A DNA stretch of 32,000 nucleotides from Aeropyrum pernix K1 (GCF_000011125.1 NC_000854.2:960001-992000), one strand, 5' to 3'. Positions 20,909 to 29,296 are shown, numbered from the stretch's first letter. Notes: generated by a model from the sequence alone, not told the origin. Made by a program: numbers and translations.

Positions 20909-21840
20909 CAGGAGGGAGAGGCCAGCCGCCCCAGCACCGGCCTTAGGGTACGCGGCAGGCCCAGGGACTCCAGCCTTCTAAAGCCTCTCTCCGACTCTCT
21001 GAAAATTCTCGCGTAGAGGTAGCCGAAGGGCGCGAGGAAGGCGCCGAGGAGTATGTAGCTTGCTATGGACTGGGGGCTGTAGAAGTCTGAGCCGTCGACG
21101 ACGAGCCTCGGCAGGGGCGGCTCGTAGCCCGCCACCGTGGCTAGGGTGTAGGCTGTTATGGAGGATACGAAGGCGGGGACGAGGGCCTGCACCTCCAGGT
21201 CCCTCTTGTAGAGGACCTCGGCGGCGAAGAAGGCGCTGCCGAGGGGTGAGTGGAATAGGGCTGAGAGGGCCCCCGACATGCCCGCGACCAGGGCTACCCT
21301 CCTGTCCTCTATCCTAAGCCTGAGAAGCCTAGCGATGGTGGAGCCTATCGAGGCGCCTATCTGGACGCTGGGCCCTTCTACACCGCCGCTCCCGCCCGTG
21401 CCCACGAGTATGGAGGAGGCGACAGCCTTGACAACCCCCGTCCTGAAAGGTATCTGGGCAGCCCTCCTGTGGAAAGCCTTCACAGCAGCATCCGTACCGT
21501 GGCCCTCAGCCTCCGGCGAGAACCTGTAGACTATCAGGGAGCTCACCAGCGCACCCCCGACTATCGCCAGGGGTGCGAGGAGGCCAGCCCCTCCTGCTCT
21601 AGACAGGACTAGGCCCAAGTCGCCTCCGGAAGCCTGGCCCGCCAGGAGGTAAGCCGTAAGCCCTGCCACCACGCCCAGTAGCCAGTAGAACGCCAGGGCC
21701 GCCGCCGCAGACGCCACTCCTATGGCGACGCCGAGCACGATCCACTTCTCCGCATACGCGGCCCTAGCCAAGAGGTGGGATAAACTGTAGCTGAGCCAGC
21801 CTGCAGCACGCCTGACCCCCTGCAACGATCCTCCACTCAT
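20764..21840 (-). CDS. ClC chloride channel/transporter, N-terminal half
   Basis: 'GTGGSGGVEGPSVQIGASIGS' and 'HSPLGSAFFAAEVLY'; the ClC-like sequence stops near 20930 and continues in another frame (see finding). Confidence 0.87.
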   Translation of the reverse strand: MSGGSLQGVRRAAGWLSYSLSHLLARAAYAEKWIVLGVAIGVASAAAALAFYWLLGVVAGLTAYLLAGQASGGDLGLVLSRAGGAGLLAPLAIVGGALVSSLIVYRFSPEAEGHGTDAAVKAFHRRAAQIPFRTGVVKAVASSILVGTGGSGGVEGPSVQIGASIGSTIARLLRLRIEDRRVALVAGMSGALSALFHSPLGSAFFAAEVLYKRDLEVQALVPAFVSSITAYTLATVAGYEPPLPRLVVDGSDFYSPQSIASYILLGAFLAPFGYLYARIFRESERGFRRLESLGLPRTLRPVLGRLASPSWCTLRRSSREAAGACWPPCYRENPSPGSPLARLACGRLQSWLRPASSR

Positions 21841-22114
21841 TACGCCCCAACACCCTCCCGGGATCCCCTGGCCCCCTGGTCATCGTCCATTACACATGTT
21901 GGTTACGAATCCACGACTATAATAGAACACCGGAAAACCGTCGAGAGGGAGGGAGGCGGTAGGAGGTCTACAGGGCTGGCGGCTACGAGGGTTTAGGGTG
22001 TGAAGCCGCGCAGAACCCGAGCCTTCCCGGAGAGGCTGCACCCCGGCTCCCCACACCCGCCCATGTAACGCTATATCTATCCTGGACCGCTCTTGAGGTT
22101 GTGGAGAATCTGTT

Positions 22115-23074
22115 TTGGCACGTGGTGGTCTCGCGTTGAAGGACAGGTTTAAAGCCGCGGTTCTCTACGGCTGGAGGGAGCCGTTCAGGCTCGAGGAGTA
22201 CGAGGTGGAGCCCCCTGAAGGCTGGGTCCCTGTCGAGGTTAGGAGTGTTGGCATGTGCGGCAGGGATCTCGTTGTCTGGAAGGGAGGGTTCCCCAACCTT
22301 AAGCCCCCGCTGGTGCTGGGCCACGAGGTCTTCGGCCTCCACGATGGGAGGCCGGTCTCGGTCTATCCCGCCATAGCCGTCCCGGGGTGCCCGGACTGCC
22401 CTCCCTCGATACTGGGGGAGAACCTACCGGGGGGGTACGCCGAGAGGGTCTACGTGCCCCGGGAGAACCTCATACCCCTCCCCGACACGGATTTCAACAA
22501 GTACGCCGCCGCGACGTGCGGCGTGGCTACAATGATGCACGCTGCCAGCGTCGCCAGCGTGAGGCCAGGGGAGAGGGTGCTTGTGACCGGGGCCTCCGGG
22601 GGTGTAGCGCTCCACGGGATACAGTACCTCCAGCTCCTTGGGGCTGAGGTTGTGGCCTACACTAGGAGTAGGGAGAAGGCCAGGGTGCTCGAGGAGGAGC
22701 TTGGCGTCGAGGCTGTGACAAGCCTAGACTTCTACAGGGAGCGGGGCAGGGTTGATGTGGTCATGGAGACGGTGGGGGCGCCCACGATAAACGAGAGCAT
22801 GAGAGCCCTCCGCCCACGCGGCCGCCTAGTCCTAATAGGCAACATAACCGGGGAGCCAGTAACAATAAAGCGTCCAGCACTGCTCGTCATGAGAGAGATA
22901 ACAATATCAGGCACAGCAGCATTCACACGCAAAGAATGGGAGGCAGCCATAAAAACAATAGCCAAGGGAGGAGTCAAACCCTTCTACAAAGCATACAGAC
23001 TAGACCAGATAAACAACGCCCTAAAAGAAGCACTACAAGGCGCCAGAATCGGAAGAATAGTAATAAACCCCTAG
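22115..23074 (+). CDS. Medium-chain dehydrogenase/reductase (zinc alcohol dehydrogenase-like)
   Basis: 'VRSVGMCGRDLVVWKGGFPNLKPPLVLGHEVFG', 'ATCGVATMMHAASVASVRPGERVLVTGASGGVALHGIQYLQLLGAEV'. Start may be TTG 22115 or TTG 22136. Confidence 0.88.
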   Translation: MARGGLALKDRFKAAVLYGWREPFRLEEYEVEPPEGWVPVEVRSVGMCGRDLVVWKGGFPNLKPPLVLGHEVFGLHDGRPVSVYPAIAVPGCPDCPPSILGENLPGGYAERVYVPRENLIPLPDTDFNKYAAATCGVATMMHAASVASVRPGERVLVTGASGGVALHGIQYLQLLGAEVVAYTRSREKARVLEEELGVEAVTSLDFYRERGRVDVVMETVGAPTINESMRALRPRGRLVLIGNITGEPVTIKRPALLVMREITISGTAAFTRKEWEAAIKTIAKGGVKPFYKAYRLDQINNALKEALQGARIGRIVINP

Positions 23075-23867
23075 AAACCGGAAAGCCGAAACCACACAAC
23101 CAAACGCAAAACCAACAATCAACGCAGAAAGAAAAAGCCAAGCCAGACCAACCCGATTCACAGCCCACACAACACAGTAACATATAGCAGAGGAATTCTC
23201 GGTATTGCTTGTTTTCTTCTTAACAACAATTTAACAACAATATTGAAGTAATGCTCTTCAGCAGAAAGAAGCTTAATCATGTTTTCGGTAAAGATATGCA
23301 ATAAACATATACAAGCGCTCGCATATGCAATCACACCTTAAGTTAAGTTACTTTACAACAGATGTAATGGCACTGCATGCCTGAATCTTAAGAACTTCCA
23401 AAGATTGGCGTATAGCTAGGATTCTCAACTACTAACTAAATTTTTCATCTATTGTTTGCACGTAAAGGAATGCGATAGGTGCAAGTGTACTCTGACAGAA
23501 TGTTCCATTAACATTACCTTAGTAATCATAGACATTTATGATTAAGAGCATATATCGGCTATGTACTCTTTGTGGAGCCTCTCCTAATTGTTAAAAATTA
23601 AAAAGTAGCAAAGTAGAGTGAGATACAAAGTGCTTAAAGGGAGAGGGCCCGTGAAACCATAAGCTGATTTGCAAGTCGGCTTCTGTTCCCATCAGCAGAC
23701 CCCAATGCTTCACAGCAACTGTTAAATTATGCCTTGTAGATTAAGTCTAGCAGTTATAACATCTATTTTGAGTTGAAGCTGGATCGAGAAAATTTAAATA
23801 CTGTATAATAAATATATGTTAATGGTATCGATTAATATATGAAACTTTTTGAGTTGGGTGAATTCAA

Positions 23868-24707
23868 ATGAAATCCGAAATCGATAAGGATTTATGTATT
23901 TTAAATATCATATCAACAATACACAAAATAAAAAATAATATAAACAAATTCTATAATAAATTATCGCGCAATGAAGCATTGACAAGATATGTACTAATTG
24001 ATCCCTTCCTTCGAAGCATAGGCTGGGACCTGGGAAACCCCAAAGAAGTCATTCCAGAGTTTAGTACTGAGGTAGGTGTTCCAGACTATGCCCTTTTACA
24101 AGATGATAAATTATTCATGTTTATTGAGGCTAAAGCTCTTGGTAAAATAAAGGATGTTGATCAGGTTAAAGTCGTATCATATGCAGTCACAAAAGGTGTT
24201 CAATATCTTACGATAACTGATGGAGACTCATGGATAGTATATGACTTGTACCGTGAAGGAAATATTGAACAGAAACAAATATTAACGTGGAGTATGTCCA
24301 GCGACGATGCTGTTACTATAGCTATTAAGGCATTATTCATAGCTAACCTAAAACCCCCCATTCTATCTCTCTACAGAAGAGAAAGACAGCTTTCGGAGCT
24401 AGTCACTAAATCTACTGTAATTAAACTTGAACATGATAAAAATGTTCTAAGGAAAAAGTTTAAGGGGCCTATTACGTCAAAAACTGCTAGAGATATCATA
24501 TTAACGATATTGAAATCCGAAAAGAGACCTTTAAGCGTCAAAGAAATATTCGAACGCGCCCAAATAATGTTCGAGCCTACTGAAGAGGATAAGAAAGTCC
24601 TCTCTAATGGAGAAGTGAGATGGCAAAATAGAATAAGATGGGAACTTTCAAAGCTGGCTAAGGAAGGGCTAATAAAAAGAGTAAAAGAAGGCGTTTACAA
24701 GGCTTAA
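23868..24707 (+). CDS. HSDR_N-like PD-(D/E)XK nuclease domain fused to C-terminal winged-helix (Mrr-N-like) domain
   Basis: 'YVLIDPFLRSIGWDLGNPKEVIPEF...VGVPDYALLQDDKLFMFIEAKALG' (PD73...E87xK89) and 'VRWQNRIRWELSKLAKEGLIKRVKEGVYKA'; A+T-rich codon usage. Confidence 0.82.
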   Translation: MKSEIDKDLCILNIISTIHKIKNNINKFYNKLSRNEALTRYVLIDPFLRSIGWDLGNPKEVIPEFSTEVGVPDYALLQDDKLFMFIEAKALGKIKDVDQVKVVSYAVTKGVQYLTITDGDSWIVYDLYREGNIEQKQILTWSMSSDDAVTIAIKALFIANLKPPILSLYRRERQLSELVTKSTVIKLEHDKNVLRKKFKGPITSKTARDIILTILKSEKRPLSVKEIFERAQIMFEPTEEDKKVLSNGEVRWQNRIRWELSKLAKEGLIKRVKEGVYKA

Positions 24708-24967
24708 TGCTAATACTTAAATGGATTATCAAATCTAATCTAATTTAAATTATTTAGTTAAATGAGCGATAAAACTAAACCTAAACATGGAGACGTTAAA
24801 ATGGGTTTGATACAATTATCCGAGGAGAATCATATTTAGTCAACTGAGATGCTAAACCCTCAACACTGTTAATTAGTGTATTTTTGATGCGGAGAGTCAG
24901 TGAGTGTGTTAGGTGGAAACTGTTATTTAATCTCCATGTAACGTATTATATATTAGCAGACGGTGGT

Positions 24968-25168
24968 TTGATAGTGTCTTCGAAAAAGTCTAAGGTTAAG
25001 GTTGAAGTTGAGGTTGAAGTTCCCGAAGGCGATGATGAAGGCGTTTACAGGGAGGAATTTCGGAGAGAGCTAGCTAAGAGGATATTAAACGTAATGCTTG
25101 ACAAGGACGTGGAGCCAGCTAAGCGGGCTGTTGCCAAGACTTTGCGCGAGAAGGGCGGGGAGGGATAG
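24968..25168 (+). CDS. Small charged protein, putative antitoxin partner
   Basis: Track ORF 24884..25168; likely start TTG 24968 or GTG 24974: (L)IVSSKKSKVKVEVEVEVPEGDDEGVYREEFRRELAKRI...; located directly upstream of a RelE-like toxin. Confidence 0.55.
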   Translation: MIVSSKKSKVKVEVEVEVPEGDDEGVYREEFRRELAKRILNVMLDKDVEPAKRAVAKTLREKGGEG

Positions 25169-25214
25169 CCCCGGCTACTAGCTGTATGCAATTACTTTCT
25201 GGTGTTAGGAAAGA

Positions 25215-25499
25215 TTGACAGAGGTCTATATAGAGAGTTCTGCAAAACGTGATTTAAAGAGGCTGCCAAAGCATATTGTCCAGTGGGTGTTAAACACTGT
25301 TGAGGAACTCGAGGAGAACCCGTTTATCGGCGAGAGGCTACATCTTCCAGCAAGCCTACATGGCTTGTACTGCTTTAAGCTAAGGCGAGGAGACTACCGG
25401 CTAGTCTACTGCTACGTTCCAAATCGAGACACAGTATATATCATCGCCGTTGGACACCGAGGCGAGATATACGAGAAGTTTCGAAGACGAATAAAATAA
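25215..25499 (+). CDS. RelE/ParE-superfamily toxin
   Basis: 94 aa: 'VYIESSAKRDLKRLPKHIVQWVLNTVEELEENPF...LPASLHGLYCFKLRRGDYRLVYCYVPNRDTVYIIAVGHRGEIYEKFRRR'. Confidence 0.85.
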   Translation: MTEVYIESSAKRDLKRLPKHIVQWVLNTVEELEENPFIGERLHLPASLHGLYCFKLRRGDYRLVYCYVPNRDTVYIIAVGHRGEIYEKFRRRIK

Positions 25500-25686
25500 C
25501 GCACTGAATCCAATTATAAACATTAGTGATAAGTGATAATTTTAAATTTAAATTCTGCAGGATAGAACTCCGGGAGGTTGGTTATTATAGAGGCCTATCT
25601 GTGCAAGAGCTGTTCTTTCTGTGCTTCATATTCTTTTTCGGGTATAGAGTGCCAAAGAATCAAGCAGATATAGTTGAGGCAAACGC

Positions 25687-25929
25687 CTAATGCCCTAGGA
25701 GCCTCCAGAGGGTTACCCTGCTTACCCCCGCAAGTTCTACTACTTGTTTTCTACCGTGCTTTTCTACTACTCGTCTGAGGATACGGTATCGGGCGTCCTC
25801 TCTAAGCCTTGCCGGGTCAACAGCCTCCCACCACTCCCGCCTATCAGGCATGACTACCACTCCTGATGTTTCACCATGCATCATGAAACTGAAACATTCG
25901 GGGTTATATATTTCTAACCATCGCTTCAC
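25687..25929 (-). CDS. Small helix-turn-helix protein, possibly the N-terminal remnant of a tyrosine integrase
   Basis: 'RYRILRRVVEKHGRKQVVELAGVSRVTLWRLLGH'; ORF starts 20 nt beyond the encoded CCA of tRNA-Gly, same strand. Confidence 0.4.
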   Translation of the reverse strand: MKRWLEIYNPECFSFMMHGETSGVVVMPDRREWWEAVDPARLREDARYRILRRVVEKHGRKQVVELAGVSRVTLWRLLGH

Positions 25930-25951
25930 GATGATGAAGAGGTGTTTGTGG

Positions 25952-26027
25952 TGCGGCCGCCGGGATTTGAACCCGGGACCACCGGCTTGGGAGGCCGGCG
26001 TCCTAGTCCAGGCTAGACGACGGCCGC
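25952..26027 (-). tRNA. tRNA-Gly (anticodon CCC); encoded CCA at 25949..25951
   Basis: RC sequence GCGGCCG TC GTCT...GGAC G CCGGC CTCCCAA GCCGG ... GGTTCAAATCC ... CGGCCGC A CCA folds into a full cloverleaf, no intron; TATA-like TTTAAG upstream on the minus strand. Confidence 0.95.
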
Positions 26028-26157
26028 GCCATACTATTTTCTAGTCTATCCTGGGGGGCTTAAAGGTTAGCGCTGTTACCTGTGGGTGAGTGTTATATCC
26101 TCCCGTTAACCATGTATCTCCATCTGGCCCGCGACTCCCCCGGGTGGGGGGTGTTGG

Positions 26158-27150
26158 GTGAGCGGGCCTGGGACGTATTCACCGCCTTCTTCCCGGTTAC
26201 AATATCTGGGGTGCTGTGCTGGGGTGGCTGGTGCTAGGCTTGTTCCGGGGCCTCTTGGGGGGAGGTTTCCCTTTAGCAACTGTGTGTTGGTTGAGGATGC
26301 GGGGTTCAAGGTTCTCGTGGATACGGGGTGTGAGCCCTGGGAGCGTGGGCTGGTGGATGTTGATGTAGTGGTGTTCACTCACTTCCACCCAGACCATATC
26401 AGGGGGTTCCATAGGCTGCGGGCTGGCCGGGTGGCTGCCCCGGAGGGTGAGGAGCCCTATGCTGGGAGGCTTGAGAGGCTTGCCCTCAGGTTTGCCGGCG
26501 AGAGGTGGAGGGAGTGGATCAGCATGGCTAGGCTGGTTATGGATCTGGAAGGCGTGCCGGAGCCGGGGGAGTATTTCAGGCCTGGGGAGGACCTCTGCTT
26601 CCGGGGGGTCTGCATTAAGACCTACCCCGCTAGGGGGCACCTCCAGACCCACACCCTGCTCGAGCTGCCCGGGGGGCTTGTCCACCTTGTGGATATCGAT
26701 TTGACAGGGTTCGGCCCATGGTACGGCAACCCTGAGGCGAGCCCCGAGCTCTTCCTACTCGACATTGAGGCTGCCGCGGAGATGGAGGCCAGGGGGTATC
26801 TTTCAGCCCACAAGGACAGGGTCTACTCTAGGGGTGAGGGTGTGGAGGCTCTCGCCAGGTTTGCGGGGAGGCTGGTGGAGCAGGCTGAGGGTGTGTATAA
26901 GGCCTTGGAGGCCGCTGGGAGGCCCCTCTGGCCCTGGGAGCTCACCGGGAGGGGTATAATATACAGGAGGTATCTGGAGGGTATGGAGGCCATTATGAGC
27001 TACTTCGAGGGCGTGATGATAGAGAAGCTCCTCGGCCTCCTAGGCCTATGGGGCTGCACCCGGAAGACCCCCGGGGGGTATGTTGCCAGGGACTGCCACC
27101 TCGGGGTTATCAAGGATAGGATAACGAGGAACATACTATCCCTAGCCTAA
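26158..27150 (+). CDS. Metallo-beta-lactamase-fold hydrolase
   Basis: 'FKVLVDTGCEPWERGLVDVDVVVFTHFHPDHIRGFHRL' (HxHxDH), 'YPARGHLQTHTLLELPGGLVHLVDIDL'. True start probably downstream of 26158. Confidence 0.85.
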   Translation: MSGPGTYSPPSSRLQYLGCCAGVAGARLVPGPLGGRFPFSNCVLVEDAGFKVLVDTGCEPWERGLVDVDVVVFTHFHPDHIRGFHRLRAGRVAAPEGEEPYAGRLERLALRFAGERWREWISMARLVMDLEGVPEPGEYFRPGEDLCFRGVCIKTYPARGHLQTHTLLELPGGLVHLVDIDLTGFGPWYGNPEASPELFLLDIEAAAEMEARGYLSAHKDRVYSRGEGVEALARFAGRLVEQAEGVYKALEAAGRPLWPWELTGRGIIYRRYLEGMEAIMSYFEGVMIEKLLGLLGLWGCTRKTPGGYVARDCHLGVIKDRITRNILSLA

Positions 27151-27258
27151 CCACCGCTAGTCTGACCCGGAGGGTTACCCCGGGGATAGTAGGTTGAGGG
27201 CCCGCTAGGGAGGGGTTATATGTTTTGAGGTCTAACTCGCTGTTGTGGTGCGCAGGCT

Positions 27259-27438
27259 GTGGCTAGGGTAAGGATAGTGGCCAAGAAGAACGGGCCCTAC
27301 CTACTCGAGGTAGACGGGAAGGTCCAGACGGCCCTGTGCCGCTGCGGCCACTCCAACAACAAGCCCTACTGCGACGGAACCCACGCTAGAGTGGGGTTCC
27401 AGGCTGATGAGAAGGTGGCCTTCGAGGCAGAGTTCTAA
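27259..27438 (+). CDS. Small CDGSH iron-sulfur domain protein (59 aa)
   Basis: Manual translation from GTG 27259: MARVRIVAKKNGPYLLEVDGKVQTALCRCGHSNNKPYCDGTHARVGFQADEKVAFEAEF*; matches C-x-C-x2-S-x3-P-x-C-D-G-T-H. Absent from the supplied ORF track. Confidence 0.9.
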   Translation: MARVRIVAKKNGPYLLEVDGKVQTALCRCGHSNNKPYCDGTHARVGFQADEKVAFEAEF

Positions 27439-27491
27439 AACCGCGCCTGGGAGAAGTAGCGTCCCCGCGAAACTCTAAGGCTACCTCCTTT

Positions 27492-27953
27492 TTGTCTTTC
27501 CGTGTAGACTTCGATTCTGGGGGTTGTTTGGCGAGGGTGAGGTATGAGAGGGCCCCGGACGTGTGCCGGGCCGCTGAGGTCCTCGTAGACGCTCTCGGAC
27601 TAGACTATATCGACGTCTCCAGGGTGTACTGCGTGAGGAGCTGGGGGAGTAGGGGGAGGGCTTATGCGAGGATCTACGGGACGCCGGGGGCTTGGGCTGC
27701 GGCCCTCGGCTATAACCCCGGCTACGTTATAGAGGTTGTCTCGGAGAAGTTCGACCCTCTGCCACTGGAGGAGAAGGTTAAGGTCGTCATACATGAGCTG
27801 CTCCACATACCCCGCACCTTCAGCGGCGGCCTCAGGGCCCATGGCCCCCTGGTTAACGGGAGGAGGGTTGCAGCGCTGTACAGGAGGGTCAGGGGTGATG
27901 CCAGGGTTATGGGCATCCTCCGCGAAGCCTTGGATGGAGGCCCTCAAGAATAG
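27492..27953 (+). CDS. Putative zinc metallopeptidase
   Basis: 'EEKVKVVIHELLHIPRTFSGGLRAHG' (HExxH plus downstream H), consistent with COG4900-like predicted metallopeptidases. Confidence 0.8.
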   Translation: MSFRVDFDSGGCLARVRYERAPDVCRAAEVLVDALGLDYIDVSRVYCVRSWGSRGRAYARIYGTPGAWAAALGYNPGYVIEVVSEKFDPLPLEEKVKVVIHELLHIPRTFSGGLRAHGPLVNGRRVAALYRRVRGDARVMGILREALDGGPQE

Positions 27954-28626
27954 CTCCCAGCAGGGCCGCGGCCCCGGCCATGGCGAGAATGGCCAGCTTC
28001 CCAAGCCCCCAGCGTAGCCCGGCCTCGCGGCCCTCCCTGGCCACGACACCCGGCTCCCCTGCATCCCCTTTAGCGGTGCTGGCGGCTGTGGCCCCGTCCT
28101 GCCGCTCCTGGAGGGTTATGAGGAGGATGGCGTTGCCTGGGCTTAGCGTTACCGTGGCGGCCATTATCTCCCCTGGCTCCGGCTGGGCGAGTGTTAGCAT
28201 GCCTTCGAGGTCTAGGAGGACCTCAGCCGCTCCATCCCTGCAGTAGACTCTGGTGTAGCCGAGGGCTATCTCCCTCACCCCAAGGCTGCCAAGGTAGGCG
28301 TGTACATCGGGGGTGAGGTCCTCGCAGCCCTTGGGAGGGGTTGTGCGTAGCCTGAGCACGCCGTCCTCCTTCTCCACGTCTACCTCGAGGCCGTTGCTAG
28401 CTAGTATGATGGCGGTGAGCCCTCCAGGCAACGGCGTCCTGTAGCTCTCGCGGTAGACTAGGTCCTGGGGGGAGTATACGAGGCCCCGGCCTCCCGGGAG
28501 CTCTAGGGTGGTGACCCCGCCGGGGAGGTTTAGGGTTAGCCCTTCCCCAGCCGCCGAATGATGAGCTGGCCCTGTCGCCAGAAGCAGGATTGCCAGGAGC
28601 AGGGGGAGAGCGGGCCTATTCTTCAA
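27907..28626 (-). CDS. Predicted secreted/membrane-anchored protein
   Basis: N-terminal signal peptide-like 'MKNRPALPLLLAILLLATGPAHHSAAG' and C-terminal TM 'LGKLAILAMAGAAALLGAILEGL'. Confidence 0.7.
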   Translation of the reverse strand: MKNRPALPLLLAILLLATGPAHHSAAGEGLTLNLPGGVTTLELPGGRGLVYSPQDLVYRESYRTPLPGGLTAIILASNGLEVDVEKEDGVLRLRTTPPKGCEDLTPDVHAYLGSLGVREIALGYTRVYCRDGAAEVLLDLEGMLTLAQPEPGEIMAATVTLSPGNAILLITLQERQDGATAASTAKGDAGEPGVVAREGREAGLRWGLGKLAILAMAGAAALLGAILEGLHPRLRGGCP

Positions 28627-29278
28627 CAGACTTTACCTCCTCCTCCAACGCCAGGATGTACTCGAGGAGCTCGACGGGGGTTAGGACGGTGAGCCCCAGG
28701 TCCTCCGCGGCCCTCCTAAGCCCCTCATCGCTCGTGACAATAGCGGCCCCCAGCTCGAGGGCGAGGAGGAGGGTGTCAACATCCTCGACACTGTCTAGCA
28801 TCCCCTTCCTAGTGTACTCCCTGTATTTCTCCCTGAGCGACCTGACTATATCACCCTCCTCGTCCCGGCTCCTAAGCGCCCTCCTCACGTGATCCTCAGC
28901 CACCCTAAGCCCCTTGTCGAGCCTGGCCCTAACGGTCTCCACATACCTTCTGAACATGGCTGCTGGGAGGCGCAGCTCATGCGTGGTGGGCGGCTTAACC
29001 CTCACCCACGCCATAAGCCTGGCAATGGTTGTAGGGTGCACGCCGTTCCCCAGCATGAACCTCTCTATCTCAGCCCTGACGCTAGGAGTTATGTACACCG
29101 TCAGCCCCATCCTGGAAGCCCGGGCCAGTATCCTAGCCATTATCCTGGCAGCCTCCTCCAGGCTCCTGGCCCCGAGGACCTCGCGCAGCTTGGCGTCGGT
29201 AAACATGGTCGTGTCTGCCACCACAACGCTGCCCACGCTCGGCGGAGGCCTCCCGCCCACGCCAGCCACCCCCTCCAA
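28616..29278 (-). CDS. PIN-domain protein, RNA ligase partner (MJ_1548-like family)
   Basis: 'VVVADTTMFTDAKLREVLG', 'DSVEDVDTLLLALELGAAIVTSDEGLRRAAEDLGL'; adjacent to RNA ligase gene. Confidence 0.85.
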   Translation of the reverse strand: MEGVAGVGGRPPPSVGSVVVADTTMFTDAKLREVLGARSLEEAARIMARILARASRMGLTVYITPSVRAEIERFMLGNGVHPTTIARLMAWVRVKPPTTHELRLPAAMFRRYVETVRARLDKGLRVAEDHVRRALRSRDEEGDIVRSLREKYREYTRKGMLDSVEDVDTLLLALELGAAIVTSDEGLRRAAEDLGLTVLTPVELLEYILALEEEVKSVEE

Positions 29279-29296
29279 CCCCCATGTCCCTCACTT

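Noticed and set aside
22974-23183. Minus-strand 69-aa ORF rich in Cys, Leu, Trp and Gly
   Set aside because: Explained by the T-depleted/A,C-rich composition of the opposite strand; no family signature.
23641-23710. Possible tRNA-like or C/D box element (GCTGATTTGCAAGTCGGC)
   Set aside because: No 7-nt anticodon loop with paired arms and no proper RUGAUGA/CUGA box pair; only a short inverted repeat remains.
24884-24967. N-terminal extension of the antitoxin-like ORF (MMRRVSECVRWKLLFNLHVTYYILADGG)
   Set aside because: Composition differs from the rest of the protein, and good TTG/GTG starts exist at 24968/24974; more likely leader DNA.
23000-25940. Direct repeat of the tRNA-Gly 3' end marking a left attachment site
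   Set aside because: I scanned for GCGGCCGCCGGGATTTGAACC or partial copies by eye and found none in the window; a computed search could still find a degenerate copy.
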